This document shows positions 23,930 to 35,170 of a stretch of DNA of 64,000 nucleotides, in pieces. Origin of the DNA: Nemertoderma westbladi. Its lineage: Eukaryota > Animalia > Xenacoelomorpha. Position numbers and translations under genes: made by a program. The notes below the pieces were generated by a model. That model had not been told where the DNA came from. It saw nothing but the letters and a program-made list of their open reading frames with translations, and ran no database searches. The stretch spans positions 1 through 64,000 of the forward strand of contig JAUCBJ010007569.1 of assembly GCA_032718475.1 (NCBI GenBank), written 5' to 3'. The stretch's first letter is position 1; each line of letters begins with the position of its first letter.

Positions 23930-24689
23930 ACTCCCCCATTCCCATAGTTCAAACAGTTCGCTGGCAACCCCTTTTGCTCTCTCCTAGGCTAGTTCTCTCT
24001 GCCCGAAGCGCATTAGATAATATAAATGTCTGTCCGACTTACCTAGTCCTTATTTTAGTTTTACCTCGTCTATCGTTTTCCCCTTTCTGGCCTCCTCTAG
24101 TAGTCTCCGGGTCGCGTTGTAGGCCCGTCGAAGTCGATCGGAGACCCCGACGTCCTCGTCGCCGACCTCTCGTCCGTCTCTCCGGGTTCGACGTCGTACC
24201 GGCGGCCCCACCATCGCCGTTCCGGTGGGCCGTCCGTCGCCCTCGGCCTGTGCCTGGCCGGCGACATCGGTATCGACACCTCCGTCGTCTCTCCGGGTCC
24301 GGCGTCGTACCGTCGGCCCCACCGTCGCCGTCTCGGTGGGCCGTTTGTCGCTCTCGGCCTGTGGCTGGCCCGCGACATCGGCACGTCGACCCTCGTTCCG
24401 TGTCGACTCGTCTCTTTCTCCCTCGAGCTCGTTCTCTCTATCCTCCGACTTGACTCCCCCTCCTCTCTACTCAGCTTCTGACTCCAGACGGTCCCCCTCA
24501 TCTTGAACTTCCGGGTCGCCCGTTACCGATGGCTCCGGCGTCGTGGGCCTATACCGCCTGGTCGCGGCCTCGCGGATCGTTTGTTCTTCGTCCGGGGTCC
24601 GCGTCGGTGTTGTCTCGCCCGACTGACTCATCTCGCTTGGTGATTGGTGGAGTTTAGCTAGCTAGGGCAGCAGTTGGTTCTAGTTACTG

Positions 24690-24723
24690 AGTTTAGCTAA
24701 GGCAGCAGCACTGATTTAGTTAC
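24690..24723 (-). promoter_or_regulatory. Non-tRNA primer-site of element B (GTAACTAAATCAG...), complementary to its own LTR segment 24878-24911
   Basis: No TGG after the LTR; 25 of 34 Watson-Crick pairs, including perfect 9-bp and 10-bp stems, with the LTR segment. Confidence 0.7.
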
Positions 24724-25247
24724 TGTGACGGGATCCAGGAGGGATCCCGGTTTATCCGGTGTTAGTTCACGCGTCCCCGCCGTGTGTGAAGAGTAAATGG
24801 GTTCGTGTCGTTCGTTGTATATAATGATCGGTATAAAGATATAGATATAGATTGTTGTACACGGAAGGCGGGATACGGTAACTAAAGTCCCGGTCCTTCC
24901 CTAGCTAAACTATCTAACCTAAACTAGCACCAATATTGCACTGAGATAACTGAACTGATATGATTACTGCCAAGTGGCTATATTGCACGGTTGGCCTTGT
25001 TACTCTACCTAATCGATGCCTTTCCCCCCTCTGATTGGTTGATACCCTTGTTGGCGCCCTTTGGAGTGTTCCCGTTCACTCCACCTGTTCTCTCTGGGTT
25101 AGGGGTTTGGCCCCTGACCCTCATTGTGTGTTTCCTTCCCATTCTTATTGGGGTGGCACGAGTTGGTTAATTACCCAATCTCGTGGCTCCCAATATTGCT
25201 TATCGGCTTAACTTTATGGGGTGTTAGCGGGATTGAATAAGCTAACA
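24724..25247 (-). repeat. 5' LTR of element B
   Basis: 524-bp direct repeat; CCAATCAGAG and TCAGT initiator-like motifs on the minus strand. Confidence 0.97.
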
Positions 25248-25252
25248 AGCAA

Positions 25253-25360
25253 GCTTATTATACAAGCTCTGTTCTAGTGGGACAGTAGAGACTTGTAAAG
25301 TTACTGTTCGCGCTTTTAGACCTTTAACAGTTTAACCTGTTAATTTAAGTGTCTTATATT
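25253..25360 (-). mobile_element. Remnant of element A: end of the 5' LTR and start of the leader
   Basis: Minus strand reads CAGGTTAAACTGTTAAAGGTCTAAAAGCGCGAACA|GTAAC, nearly identical to the LTR end of element C. Confidence 0.85.
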
Positions 25361-26559
25361 GTTTGTTAGCCCGTACAAAATCAAACAACAGTAGAAGACA
25401 CGTTCGTGGGGCCTACGCGAGCACGAGGCTCAGTTATGAGATACAAATTAAAATTGAGCAATTCTAACACAAAATCTTTATTTAAGAAATTAACCAAACC
25501 TCAAATAAATCATAAGAGGGGAAAGTTGTTCGCTTTCAACCCCCCCCCCCCCCCTTAATTTGCACCCCAACCCAAAGACACACATAGGATTGTTCACAGG
25601 CAGGTATTAACAGAAAATTGGTGTTTTAAAAGTAATATATTTTAGGCGTGGAGGCGACCCAATTTATAAGAAATATTATAACTTACCTTATGACGTTTTA
25701 GTATTGGTACTGAAATATTAATTTACCATTTCGTTGTCACAACTAAATTATTTAGCTATATTTATTCTAAAGAATCTACATTAAATACTCAGCCAATCAT
25801 TTTGCGAGATAAACCATAAGCAAGCTGTCTTATTACTCTAGGGCCTAACACTATTGCATGTGCTATATAATTACACCTAGCTGGAATAGTGGTGAGGTGG
25901 AACTGGTCGGACTGATTCCTAGCCCGGCAAACACACCGGACGTGTTCTAGCACATATCTGATGTTTCAGCTAAATCAGTGATTGTACTTTGAGACATTTT
26001 GCCCTCTAGCGGCAGACTAGAGAACTGCAGACAGATGAGCCTCCTTTGAATGACACAGTTAATGGTCTAGTACAAATATGCCAAGTTTCAGCTAGAACGG
26101 GTTTAAAGCAAAGAAAATGTGAGGCTATTTAATATCTAGACATGTAGCCCTCTTGCGAGAGACTGAGGATTTGATGGTGCCTGGAAGTCCCTAAAAAACA
26201 AAAGTTATGGTCTTGATGCCTACTAATTTTAGACTCGAAAGCTTTTAATCCGACGAAGATATAAGTAAGTCAAAATCGTAGCCACGATGATGACATACAG
26301 TACAATTATTGAATGAACTATTTGCCATAATTGACCTACCCCCCTAAGAGATAGCGCCAGTTCGCAAAGGCTCCGCCAACTTCGTGGCTCGGACCCTATA
26401 CCCCATGCTATAAAATGTATTCCATCGATATACAATTATATATTAATCCGCTAGGTGGTGTCAAATTATTATTCTGCAATTTTGTACTTGTACACAGTAC
26501 AGCAGTACCGTACCCGTAGGCCTACGTCATTACTTCGGAGTCTCTAGCCGATCCCCAAT

Positions 26560-26910
26560 TAAATGTCTTTTCAATTTCGTAGAAGATAGACTTTATGATT
26601 CTCTACAAGCAACCAAAATTTCAGCTCTGGAAAATGAGGCGTTCCCGATAAATTTTACATTTTCTAAAAACCACATAATCTGTCGTAGCTGACGTCAGAC
26701 TGCATGATTTTTTACCAAACTTTCCAAATTTTCTAGACTTTCCCTCTACTACTTACCTACTAAGTTTGGTTCAACTTCAAATCAGCGATGCCGAGAAATT
26801 CGCGTTCAAAGATTTACCAAACAGACAGACGGACAGACAGACGGACATGCCCCATTTGCCCTATATGAACCGTATGCCAAGGCTCGCCGACTACGTGTCT
26901 CGCCCCACAG
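26560..26910 (+). repeat. Possible Helentron/HINE-type non-autonomous element
   Basis: (GACA/GACG)n microsatellite at 26821-26847 followed by a short GC-rich end; similar tracts near 2370-2400 and 54970. Boundaries uncertain. Confidence 0.35.
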
Positions 26911-28618
26911 TCATTGCACGGCGTATGACCCACCGTATATGGGAGACTGAATTTTATCAGCATGAAAACTAGATGACATGTCTAGTGTCATCTTCTCCCA
27001 AATAGCTAGCTGAATAGCTAGTTGACTAGCTAGTCAGCTAGTTGTCAGACTAGCTGACAACTTAATTTGTATTGTTCTATTGATATCTACTATATAATCT
27101 CCAAAAACTATGTTCACTTTCAGGGTAGTATTGGCAGTTCCTTTCAGATGCTGCGCTTTAAATACTAGACACAGTTACGACTTACAATAATTACAACAGA
27201 TTATTTAATCGAACCACTGTTATTTACATTCTTTAGGAATGTAGTATTATATACTCGCACTCACTCCACTGACAATAATACGGAAACACGCTGATTTGCT
27301 GACTATTACCAATTTTGTTCATGTATAAGGAGAATTTCAGCTCACTTATGTTGGTGTTATGAAATATTATAAATATCACACATATTACTTGTACTTCCCT
27401 TCTGCTTACCTCTCAATAATAAAGAAAGTTAGTTGAGATTATCAATTATATATATACTGTATGTATTCTCCAAATATAAACATCCAGCAATAATATTACT
27501 GTACCAAACAACAATGAATAACAGCACAAAAGCAGTGAATAATGGCGGTGGCAGCAGTTAATTAGCAGTCAGATGTTTGACATTAAGACTGAAGTAAAAT
27601 TAGGAAGATGAGTTATGTGCAGATGAGTGTTTAGGCAGGTAACTTTACAGTGCTCGATAATTCATGCCACTGTTGTTACTGGGCTGAATATCATCAGACT
27701 GAAGGATTTGGGGATTCAACACACTGAAGTACTGTAATGCAAAAAGGGATGAATCATGGAATGTCATAGAATTCCATGGAATTACGGTAAAACTCCAATC
27801 AGGAGCCAGTAATCCATGCCAGCTGTCCGTAACCAATAGATTCAGTTTCCATTGTAATGAAACTCTACGGCTGGAGAAAGTGAAAATTGTGTTGATTGGT
27901 CGTTTGGATATCACAGGGGCTATGGAGACAAAGAAACCAGGTTTCAGTTTTTTGAGTAATGTCGTCAACAGAGTCATATACCAAAACTAAACGCAACATG
28001 GCATAAGTTTATATGTTCTCAACTACCTTGAGATATTGCTGCGTTTAGAGTAATTCGCGCATTGCACAGAAGACATATTTTTGCCGCAAAAGCTTTTACA
28101 GGTACAGAAAGCATCCGAGGCCTTACGATGGCTGTACCCTAGTATACAGTTGTAAAACAATAGCGCAGATTTAGTTTGGCACTGTACTGCCATGGATGAG
28201 GCCGAACGTTGAATTCACTGCCGAGAGCCGAGTATAAATGGGCCTTAACCCAACCCTGCATGCATTACGGCATACGGTACCTTGCTTACCGTTACAGGTT
28301 GTACAGTGACTGCCAGGCAAGTGGCGCGGCGCAGCAGGTGTGAACAGGATGACAGATGAACCGTCAACGTAACTAGTACTGCAGTTTAGCATTAGCAATG
28401 CAGTAGGCAATACACTCTGACTGTACTGTCCTTATTTGAGCGCCATCCAGTGGTGTTTTGCGAAATAGAGCGAAATACCTCATCAGAAGATGGAGATATC
28501 AATGATGTCATGTTGCTGGCGTGGGAAATAATTATTTGTGTCGAATGCGTCCTTATAAAGCAATATCAAGCGTCACAAGCGAGTTAATGTAATTTAACGA
28601 TGCCTTTAGTGGAGTAAA

Positions 28619-28860
28619 GGCGGGGCGGGGTAGCTCAGTTGGTTGAGCGCCGGGCCTGCAATCTATTGGTTGTAGGTTCAGCCCCGCCAGGGTCCACTCA
28701 GCCTTTCATCCACTGGGGTCGATAAAATGAGTACCAGTTAAATAACTGGGAGCAAATCTTGGGATAGGAGTAGCGACCACCCCTACCCTCGGGTAGCAGC
28801 TACCCAAAGAGGAACCTTCGGGTCGCCTCCGGCTTCGGCCGACTGTTTGCTTTTTTGCTT
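28619..28860 (+). mobile_element. tRNA-derived SINE (family 2) with 13-bp TSD
   Basis: A box TAGCTCAGTTGG; Nin-like CCTTTCATCC...GGTCGATAAAATGAGTACCAG; TSD TTTAGTGGAGTAA at 28605-28617 and 28861-28873. Confidence 0.88.
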
Positions 28861-28889
28861 TTTAGTGGAGTAAGCATACTCAAATTATT

Positions 28890-29870
28890 AATATTTTTGA
28901 CGAGCCTCCGGCTATCCTCCGGCTATATATTGAGCCTCCGGCTAATATAAAGTATTGTAGTTTACTATATTATACAGTAGCTATTTCACGCTTCCCGCAC
29001 GTCTTCAGTGGTATATTAATAAACGCAATATAAATAAAAATTCAATAAAAACAATTCAAAGCTTAAAATTCAAAAGTCATAATTACAATGGTATTACTGT
29101 GATAGCTATCTCCATTTTTTGTAATTCTTAAAATATGTTTAATAACTATGGTTTTTATTCTAGAAAATTTTAATAAACGTGTTCGTTACTATTTTCATAA
29201 TGACACTAACGACACTGACATCGAAATTGCATCTTTATTGGCAACAGAAGATAGCGTTATTATTACTTTTGCGGCCGAAGAGTCGGAATTACTAATAAGC
29301 GAGACCCATGGAAATGCCACGATGATGGGAGTGTTATTTACAAACATTTGTGGGTCAACCACAGTAAAAATGGAAAAGGGCGCTTTGTTAACAAAGATAC
29401 AGGGGCAAACACCCAAAGAATTGAGTGCATGTGGGGGTATGCAAAGTTAAATATAATGCGAACAAAGAAGGCACAACTAAAAAGCTACTGAAGAACCATC
29501 TGAGCGAGTTCCGATGGAGGGGTCTTAATAAAGATAGTCCATTTCATGGATTAATACAACTAATCAAGAACAATTACTAGACCTAAGTAACTTATTTTAA
29601 TTTTTGCAATAATATTGTCAATAAAAACGATTAAAAAAATTTCAAAAATGGAAATAGCTATCACAGTAATACCTTACAGTCTCATAACGGTATCGGTTTT
29701 GTATATATCTTTTTAGGCTTTGAATTGTTTTTATTTAAATTTTATTTATATTGTGTTTAATGATATACCACTGAAGACGCGTGGGAAGCGTGAAATTGCT
29801 ACTGTATATAGTAAATTAACAATATTTTATATTAGCCGTGGCTCAAGACCCTTTCTCGTCATAAATACTC
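28890..29870. mobile_element. Palindromic MITE hosting the Merlin insertion
   Basis: Arms at about 28931-29070 and 29711-29846 are inverted copies (TTTCACGCTTCCCGCACGTCTTCAGTGGTAT versus ATACCACTGAAGACGCGTGGGAAGCGTGAAA). Confidence 0.75.
29090..29673 (+). mobile_element. Internally deleted Merlin (IS1016/IS1595-related) DNA transposon
   Basis: About 30-bp TIR GGTATTACTGTGATAGCTAT; a frame not in the ORF track reads YKHLWVNHSKNGKGRFVNKDTGANTQRIECMWGYAK and, after a shift, HLSEFRWR, the Merlin transposase C-terminus; flanks TTACAAT and TTACAGT. Confidence 0.8.
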
Positions 29871-30404
29871 ATAAAGAATCGCGTTAAAAAGGTAGAAACG
29901 GTGTATTGGAAACGAGATGGTCTAGACATACAAACATGTATCACTAGAGATCTTTCATTATCACTATAAATGACAGCGCGAGTAACTGTGCTATACTTCA
30001 CTTTAACACATTTATATTAACTTATATTTTGTAATATCTAATAATGGACATATAATATTACGTCCATCAATAATAAAAGTATTTCCGGTAAAATATATTA
30101 TAATTTACATAGTAAAAAGTATGGTCTCTGATGTAGTTTACATATATATCATCACGACTTACTAAACATTTCGATTCCATTAATAATTACGATTTGGAAT
30201 CATAAGAGACGTAATTATTGCATTCCGCTAAATAAAAAGATCTAAACAATTATCAATTTATTATTGCTCTATTAGAGTAATAATTTTTTATGAACAGTTT
30301 TCTGGATTTTAAGACGACGTTTTTTGAAGAATTATGAAGTAGTTATGATGATCGATTATATATAATGATAAATATAAATATAAATAATTTGTAATTATTA
30401 TTAA

Positions 30405-32010
30405 CCCTATTAGAACCGGGCTAAAAAATGTTGTACAAATACCGGAGGGCGGGTCATATTGACCCCCCCCCCCCCCCCCCCCCCCCCTCTAAAATCTACA
30501 CATTTTTACGAAAACGTCTGATTTCTTGTTTGTACGTAGATATCACTAGTCTGGATCCGAGCGAGAAAAAATCTTTCGATAAAATTTACTGGGGTGGTTA
30601 TATTGCAGCACCAAAATTACAAGTAGTGCACAATTTTCACAAAATTTTAAAGTTGCATTTTCGGCTAATTATTTTTCAATACAGGTTTTCTGGGGCGCAA
30701 AATACATTGGAAAATATTTAGAAATGATATGATTACTATAAATGGCTGTTTAGTCCTCTCTGCGTAGGAAAAAAATGAAAAAAACAAGTAACCAGCACTT
30801 TTCAGTTAGAACACAAAATTATTAATTCACTTATACGATGCTATAAATAAATTAACATTTTCAGGTTTTCTAGGGCGCTGATTCTAATTGAATACATTTC
30901 TAATATGCCAAATCATTGCTACTTGTATTTTTTGGCTTAATTTGGCAAATTTTGGTGCTAGCACCAAATTTCGTACCCATCACCAAAAAGTAAAAGTTTG
31001 CAATGTCCAGTGCTGTTTTCATTGAATCCATCGGATTCAGGACCCCCATAAACCCGTATAACGCAAGAAACAAGATGATACTATCAACTGATCAATTTGC
31101 TTATTTTCAAAAATTTGGTGCTGGCACAAAAATTTTCACCCACCAGCGAAAACTCTTATGAAATTTTAACTGATTCCATTGAATTCAGAACATCCCTCAC
31201 AAACCCGTTTAACGCAAGAAACAAGGTGACACAATCAATTTATATATTTTATGGTTTTCAAAATTTGGTGCTAGGCCTACTGTAGCACCTCATTTTGCAC
31301 CCACTTCCGAAAAATACAAGTTTGAGATGTCTAGTTCGATAATTATATATTCCATTGAATTCAGAACAGCCATAAACCTCTAAAATGCAAGAAATAAATT
31401 GACACAAGCAATTTTATCTATTGAATGGATTTTCAAAATTTCGTGGTAGTACCAAAATTTGCACACAGCACCGAAAAATACAAGTTTGATACGCTTGGTG
31501 CAACTCGTATATATTCCATCGAAACCAGAACCCCAAAAACTCAAATTGCGTAAAAAACGAGTTTCAAACAATCAAATTACAAAATTGACATATTTCAAAA
31601 TTTCCAGTCCTGGCACCAATATTTGGCACCCGCCGTAAAAAACAAGATTGAAATTTCTAAATTAATTTATATGAATTCCATCGAATTGCTAACACCAAAA
31701 AACCGGTGTGAATCAAAAATAGAGATGTTACAAATCATATTTAATGAAATGTAATTTTCAAAAAACGTCTCAAAAAAGTGCCAAAAGTAGGAGGGTTAAA
31801 AATAAATGGTGCTATAACTCGAAAACTACCCAATATTTTTGAAAACGGTTTTCACTACTAGGAAGACAATAGATTTTTAGGAAAAGTCATAAAATGAAAA
31901 AAAAAGTCATAAAATCATATTCCCAACTGCGTTTGTTTCAGAATTATAACAAAAAAACCACGGGGGGGGGGGGGGGGGGGTCATATGACCCCCCCCCGTG
32001 TATATTAGGG
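30405..32010. mobile_element. piggyBac-like non-autonomous element with internal about 176-bp tandem units
   Basis: TTAA at 30401-30404 and 32011-32014; CCCTA...TAGGG termini; subterminal GGGTCATAT(T)GACCC palindromes with long G/C runs. Confidence 0.8.
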
Positions 32011-32082
32011 TTAAGAGGATAAGTTAATCAAATTTTTCAATTTACAAGTTTACCTATTTTAATTTAATCAATTTAATTTTAG

Positions 32083-32213
32083 AGGAAATTTCCGAGAACT
32101 TTACAGAATCATTGAAACGAACAATTTCTCACTACAAAATCACCAGAAACTCCAAGATATCTGGTTGAAAGCACATTACACCGAGGCGGAAAAAGGGAGA
32201 GGCAGGCCTTTAG
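32083..32213 (+). CDS. SIX1/2: Six1/2 coding exon 3 ([43 protein letters not shown])
   Basis: Continues the SIX domain; acceptor TTTTAG, donor GTTAGT; phases 2 and 1 join exons 2 and 4 exactly. Confidence 0.95.
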
Positions 32214-32264
32214 GTTAGTTGAATATTAATATTATGTTAATTTTTAGAATATTATTCCAAAGTT

Positions 32265-32967
32265 CTCTATCCTTGATAAAATGCTGACAATCCTAAGAGT
32301 TTATGGAAATAAACCAGAAGTAATCATTAAATTGTTACATTGCAAAATAGATGCTCACAGGTACTCTTGCTACTGTACGTAGATGGTGAAACCAAGTTAT
32401 TCTCAATCCTGGTATGTGTACAGCAAGGCGACAAATTTGATTCATAACTTTTCATAATTGTAATGGATTACGCAATTAGGACAGCTAAAACTGATTAAGA
32501 TCTTTGATTCACACTTGAAGATGTTGAAACAGCAGATATCACACACACGGACTTTGCAGATGACATTGCCATAATTCAGTAATTTCTAACACACTAACAG
32601 ATGAAAATCTTCCACTAAACAAATTGGAAATGGGCTGCTAAACATATAAATGTTACCAATCGATGCATGACTTTTTAAATAATGGAAGTCTCCATCAATA
32701 ATAATCAACTAAAGAACGATTACCAGTACCTTGGGTCATTTGATAGAGAGTACAAGAAAATACCTTGAAGTTTGCAAAACAAAGTCATGGGTGGTGGCTC
32801 TATCGAAAGGAACTATCTGGAAATCAGACCATTCCAAAGTTCTTCCGAACATTCGAAGTACTTTTATGTGTGGATGAGGCCTGGTGATGGTGACTGACGA
32901 AATCACATCCGACGAATTGAGATGACTTACACAAGACTACTAAGGGCATTCATATCCTATCAGCATT
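32265..32967 (+). pseudogene. Old degenerate copy of the RTE family at 1-1155, interrupted by element C (short remainder at about 45374-45430)
   Basis: Collinear nucleotide similarity (ATCCTAAGAGTTTATGGAA, GATGGTGAAAC, GACTTTGCAGATGACATTGCC, CCAGTACCTTGG, ACACAAGACTACTAAGGGCA). Confidence 0.85.
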
Positions 32968-34213
32968 TGTAAAAGCTTTTGTGGGATAACTGATACGTTT
33001 GCCTTTGCTGGCCAGTTCCCCCCCAGGCGCTGGAATACTCTAAAAGGGTTCTCTGACTGTATATATATTCCCTTCGCCCGCAAGGTACCTTTACAGGTGT
33101 TTTAACGGACATAAAAGTAATTCTGCTATATACGTGTTTTAGTGGACATGGTAAGGCAAAAAACCTGTAATGCACCAACTACCTTTCACAGCTTAGCCGT
33201 GATGATTCATATTACGACATCTAACAGCTGGTTGCTGACATGGAAACAGCCATTGGATGTGTGGTTCTTTGTTTGGCTTGAGCCAATCAGAGCGATTTTT
33301 CCTGTCGACGTGTAGCTTTTAGTCGATCAGAAGGAGAGTGTTCAGTCTTACTGTTTTTTCTTGTTACTTTGTTGTTATTGCTGTCTAAGCCAGAAACACC
33401 GGCATTTTAGTAAGAACTATAGTAAACTGCTTGAATTATCGAAAGTATAAACTGTTACCGAACTACTCATTAACTCATCTCACCTTGATACTTTACTTAC
33501 TTAATTTAATTGCATTAATCATATTGTTTGTACTGTTATTTTACCGTCAGTTATTAATTGTACCTATTTGTTGATGGAAATATTGCTATTTGGATAATAC
33601 GGATAAATCACCCAATTCCCAATTTTCTTGATAACACTACAGGTTAGAGAGACCGGCTATACATAACAATTGCGATTTATATTAATGTGGTGTGTATTGA
33701 ATCCAATGTTATTTAGCAGACCCTACGTGAGTCAATTAATGCTCTCTTTATGTGTGATCAAATGTACTGACTGTCGGCAGAATAGTGTGTATGATTGTGA
33801 TTGGTAACAAAGTATTTCCTAAAGAATACGCTTTATACTTCAATCATAAGCAGTATCGTTGCGTTTAGTATAAGTCTTAGTTCTGTTTAAATAGATAAAG
33901 CGCCACGTCCTAAAGGAACTGTTAATATTTCCCGAAAGCCAATAATATCTGTCAGAGATTAATTATTAACGATCTATCGAATAATACATTAGGTATACAC
34001 TGCAACCTTACACTGTAATAATACAATTCAAGCATCCGAATTCAGTCTCCCGGGTGTAGATCCATCGGGTGAATGATCGCGCATGGGCTGACTTCGGCTA
34101 ATGTTTTGCGTATTAGCATAAATTATTGTCGTATGCTAAAGTGGTTTTAATTAACTAAAAGACATATAAATTTTGGCAGGTTAAACTGCTAAAGGTCTTC
34201 AAAAGCGCGAACA
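32968..34213 (+). repeat. 5' LTR of element C
   Basis: Direct repeat of 44123-45368; two substitutions noticed by eye. Confidence 0.97.
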
Positions 34214-34226
34214 GTAACAGTTTATA
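34214..34226 (+). promoter_or_regulatory. Non-tRNA primer-site of element C (GTAACAGTTTATA)
   Basis: Exact reverse complement of TATAAACTGTTAC at 33446-33458 in its own LTR; no TGG after the LTR. Confidence 0.75.
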
Positions 34227-34601
34227 AATCTTATTGCAGTAGGCAATAAGGTTGCAAGTGTAGGCATTAAATACAGTTTAATACTGTTCTGTCGAACAGT
34301 AACAGTTTACAATCTTATTGCAGTAGGCAATAAGGTTGCAAAATACCGTAGTGATCGGTAAAACTGAACCGGTACTTTGTAGGTCAGTAGGCCTAACTGT
34401 CATCACCGGTACCGGTACTGCTGTACAAGTACATTAGTATTATTCGATTTTGATTGTTGTATACCGGTAGGTCTTGGTACTTAATCGGGGAACGGCCGCC
34501 CTGATTTTTTATTTGAGATTCTACTTATTTCTGTCGGTTTTATTTACTAGTAGGCTAATATTGAGCAGAAGGCGTGTGACCCTGCTCAGATTGTTCAGAT
34601 A

Positions 34602-35170
34602 ATTGTAGGCTGAGCTGCTGTCTGACTGTGGTTGGGTTTGGAGAGATTGCGGCGTGTGTAGAGTTTGTCTGATAAAGTGCCGTTAGTAAGTTGGGGCAGC
34701 CATAAGCGGTAAGGTCAATCCCCTCTTAAAGAATAAGTCGTACTACCGTGTTAGAACGCATACTAACTAACAGTTTCAGAGTCTGCATATACCGTAGTTT
34801 ATTTAGGCTTGATCGTAGTCTGCCAGTGTTTCGGCCTGTGTTTGTTTGTGTGGTCTGTTCAGGTACCGTAATAGTTATTACTCAAATATTTGTAGGCTGG
34901 ATTGTTGTCTAGCTATTTTTGGGTCTGAAGGGATTGCTGCGTGTGTAGAGTTGGTCTGATCAAGTGCCGTTAGTAAGTTGGGGCAGCCATAAGCGGTAAG
35001 GTCAATCCCCTCTTAAAGAGTAAGTCGTACTACCGTGTTAGCACGCATACTAACTAACAGTTTCAGAATCTGCACATACAGTAGTTTGTTTAGGCTTGAT
35101 AGTAGTCAGCCAGCGTTTTGGTTTGTATTAGTTTGAGTATTCTGTACGGGTAGCGTAATATTTATTATTC
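34602..35170 (+). repeat. 287-bp tandem duplication in the 2.3-kb leader of element C
   Basis: CGTTAGTAAGTTGGGGCAGCCATAAGCGG at 34681 and 34968. Confidence 0.9.

Larger units (their letters stand above)
14338..25247 (-). mobile_element. BEL/Pao element B: two LTRs, integrase deleted, extra ORF3
   Basis: 524-bp TGT...ACA LTRs; TSD AGCAA at 14333-14337 and 25248-25252; PPT GGGGGGGAG next to the 3' LTR; domain order gag-PR-RT-RH. Confidence 0.97.

Noticed and set aside
15489-24506. Numerous plus-strand ORFs over element B
   Set aside because: Antisense shadows of GC-rich coding sequence with no recognisable domains.
27645-28410. Two short minus-strand ORFs in a moderately GC-rich stretch
   Set aside because: No recognisable motif or consistent splice structure; left unannotated.
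28619-28690. tRNA gene
   Set aside because: The cloverleaf is incomplete and the sequence runs into a SINE body with a TSD; the same holds for 8429, and 52034 is likewise incomplete.
29148-29450. 100-aa ORF from the track as a gene
   Set aside because: The recognisable transposase motifs lie in a different frame.
29290-29580. Bacterial IS1595 element, contamination or horizontal transfer
   Set aside because: The motifs are equally those of eukaryotic Merlin transposases, and the piece is embedded in intronic repeats.
34214-34220. GTAAC after the LTR as merely a splice donor
   Set aside because: ACA|GTAAC resembles a donor and a dual role is possible, but that alone does not explain the family-specific complementarity to each LTR or the missing tRNA site.
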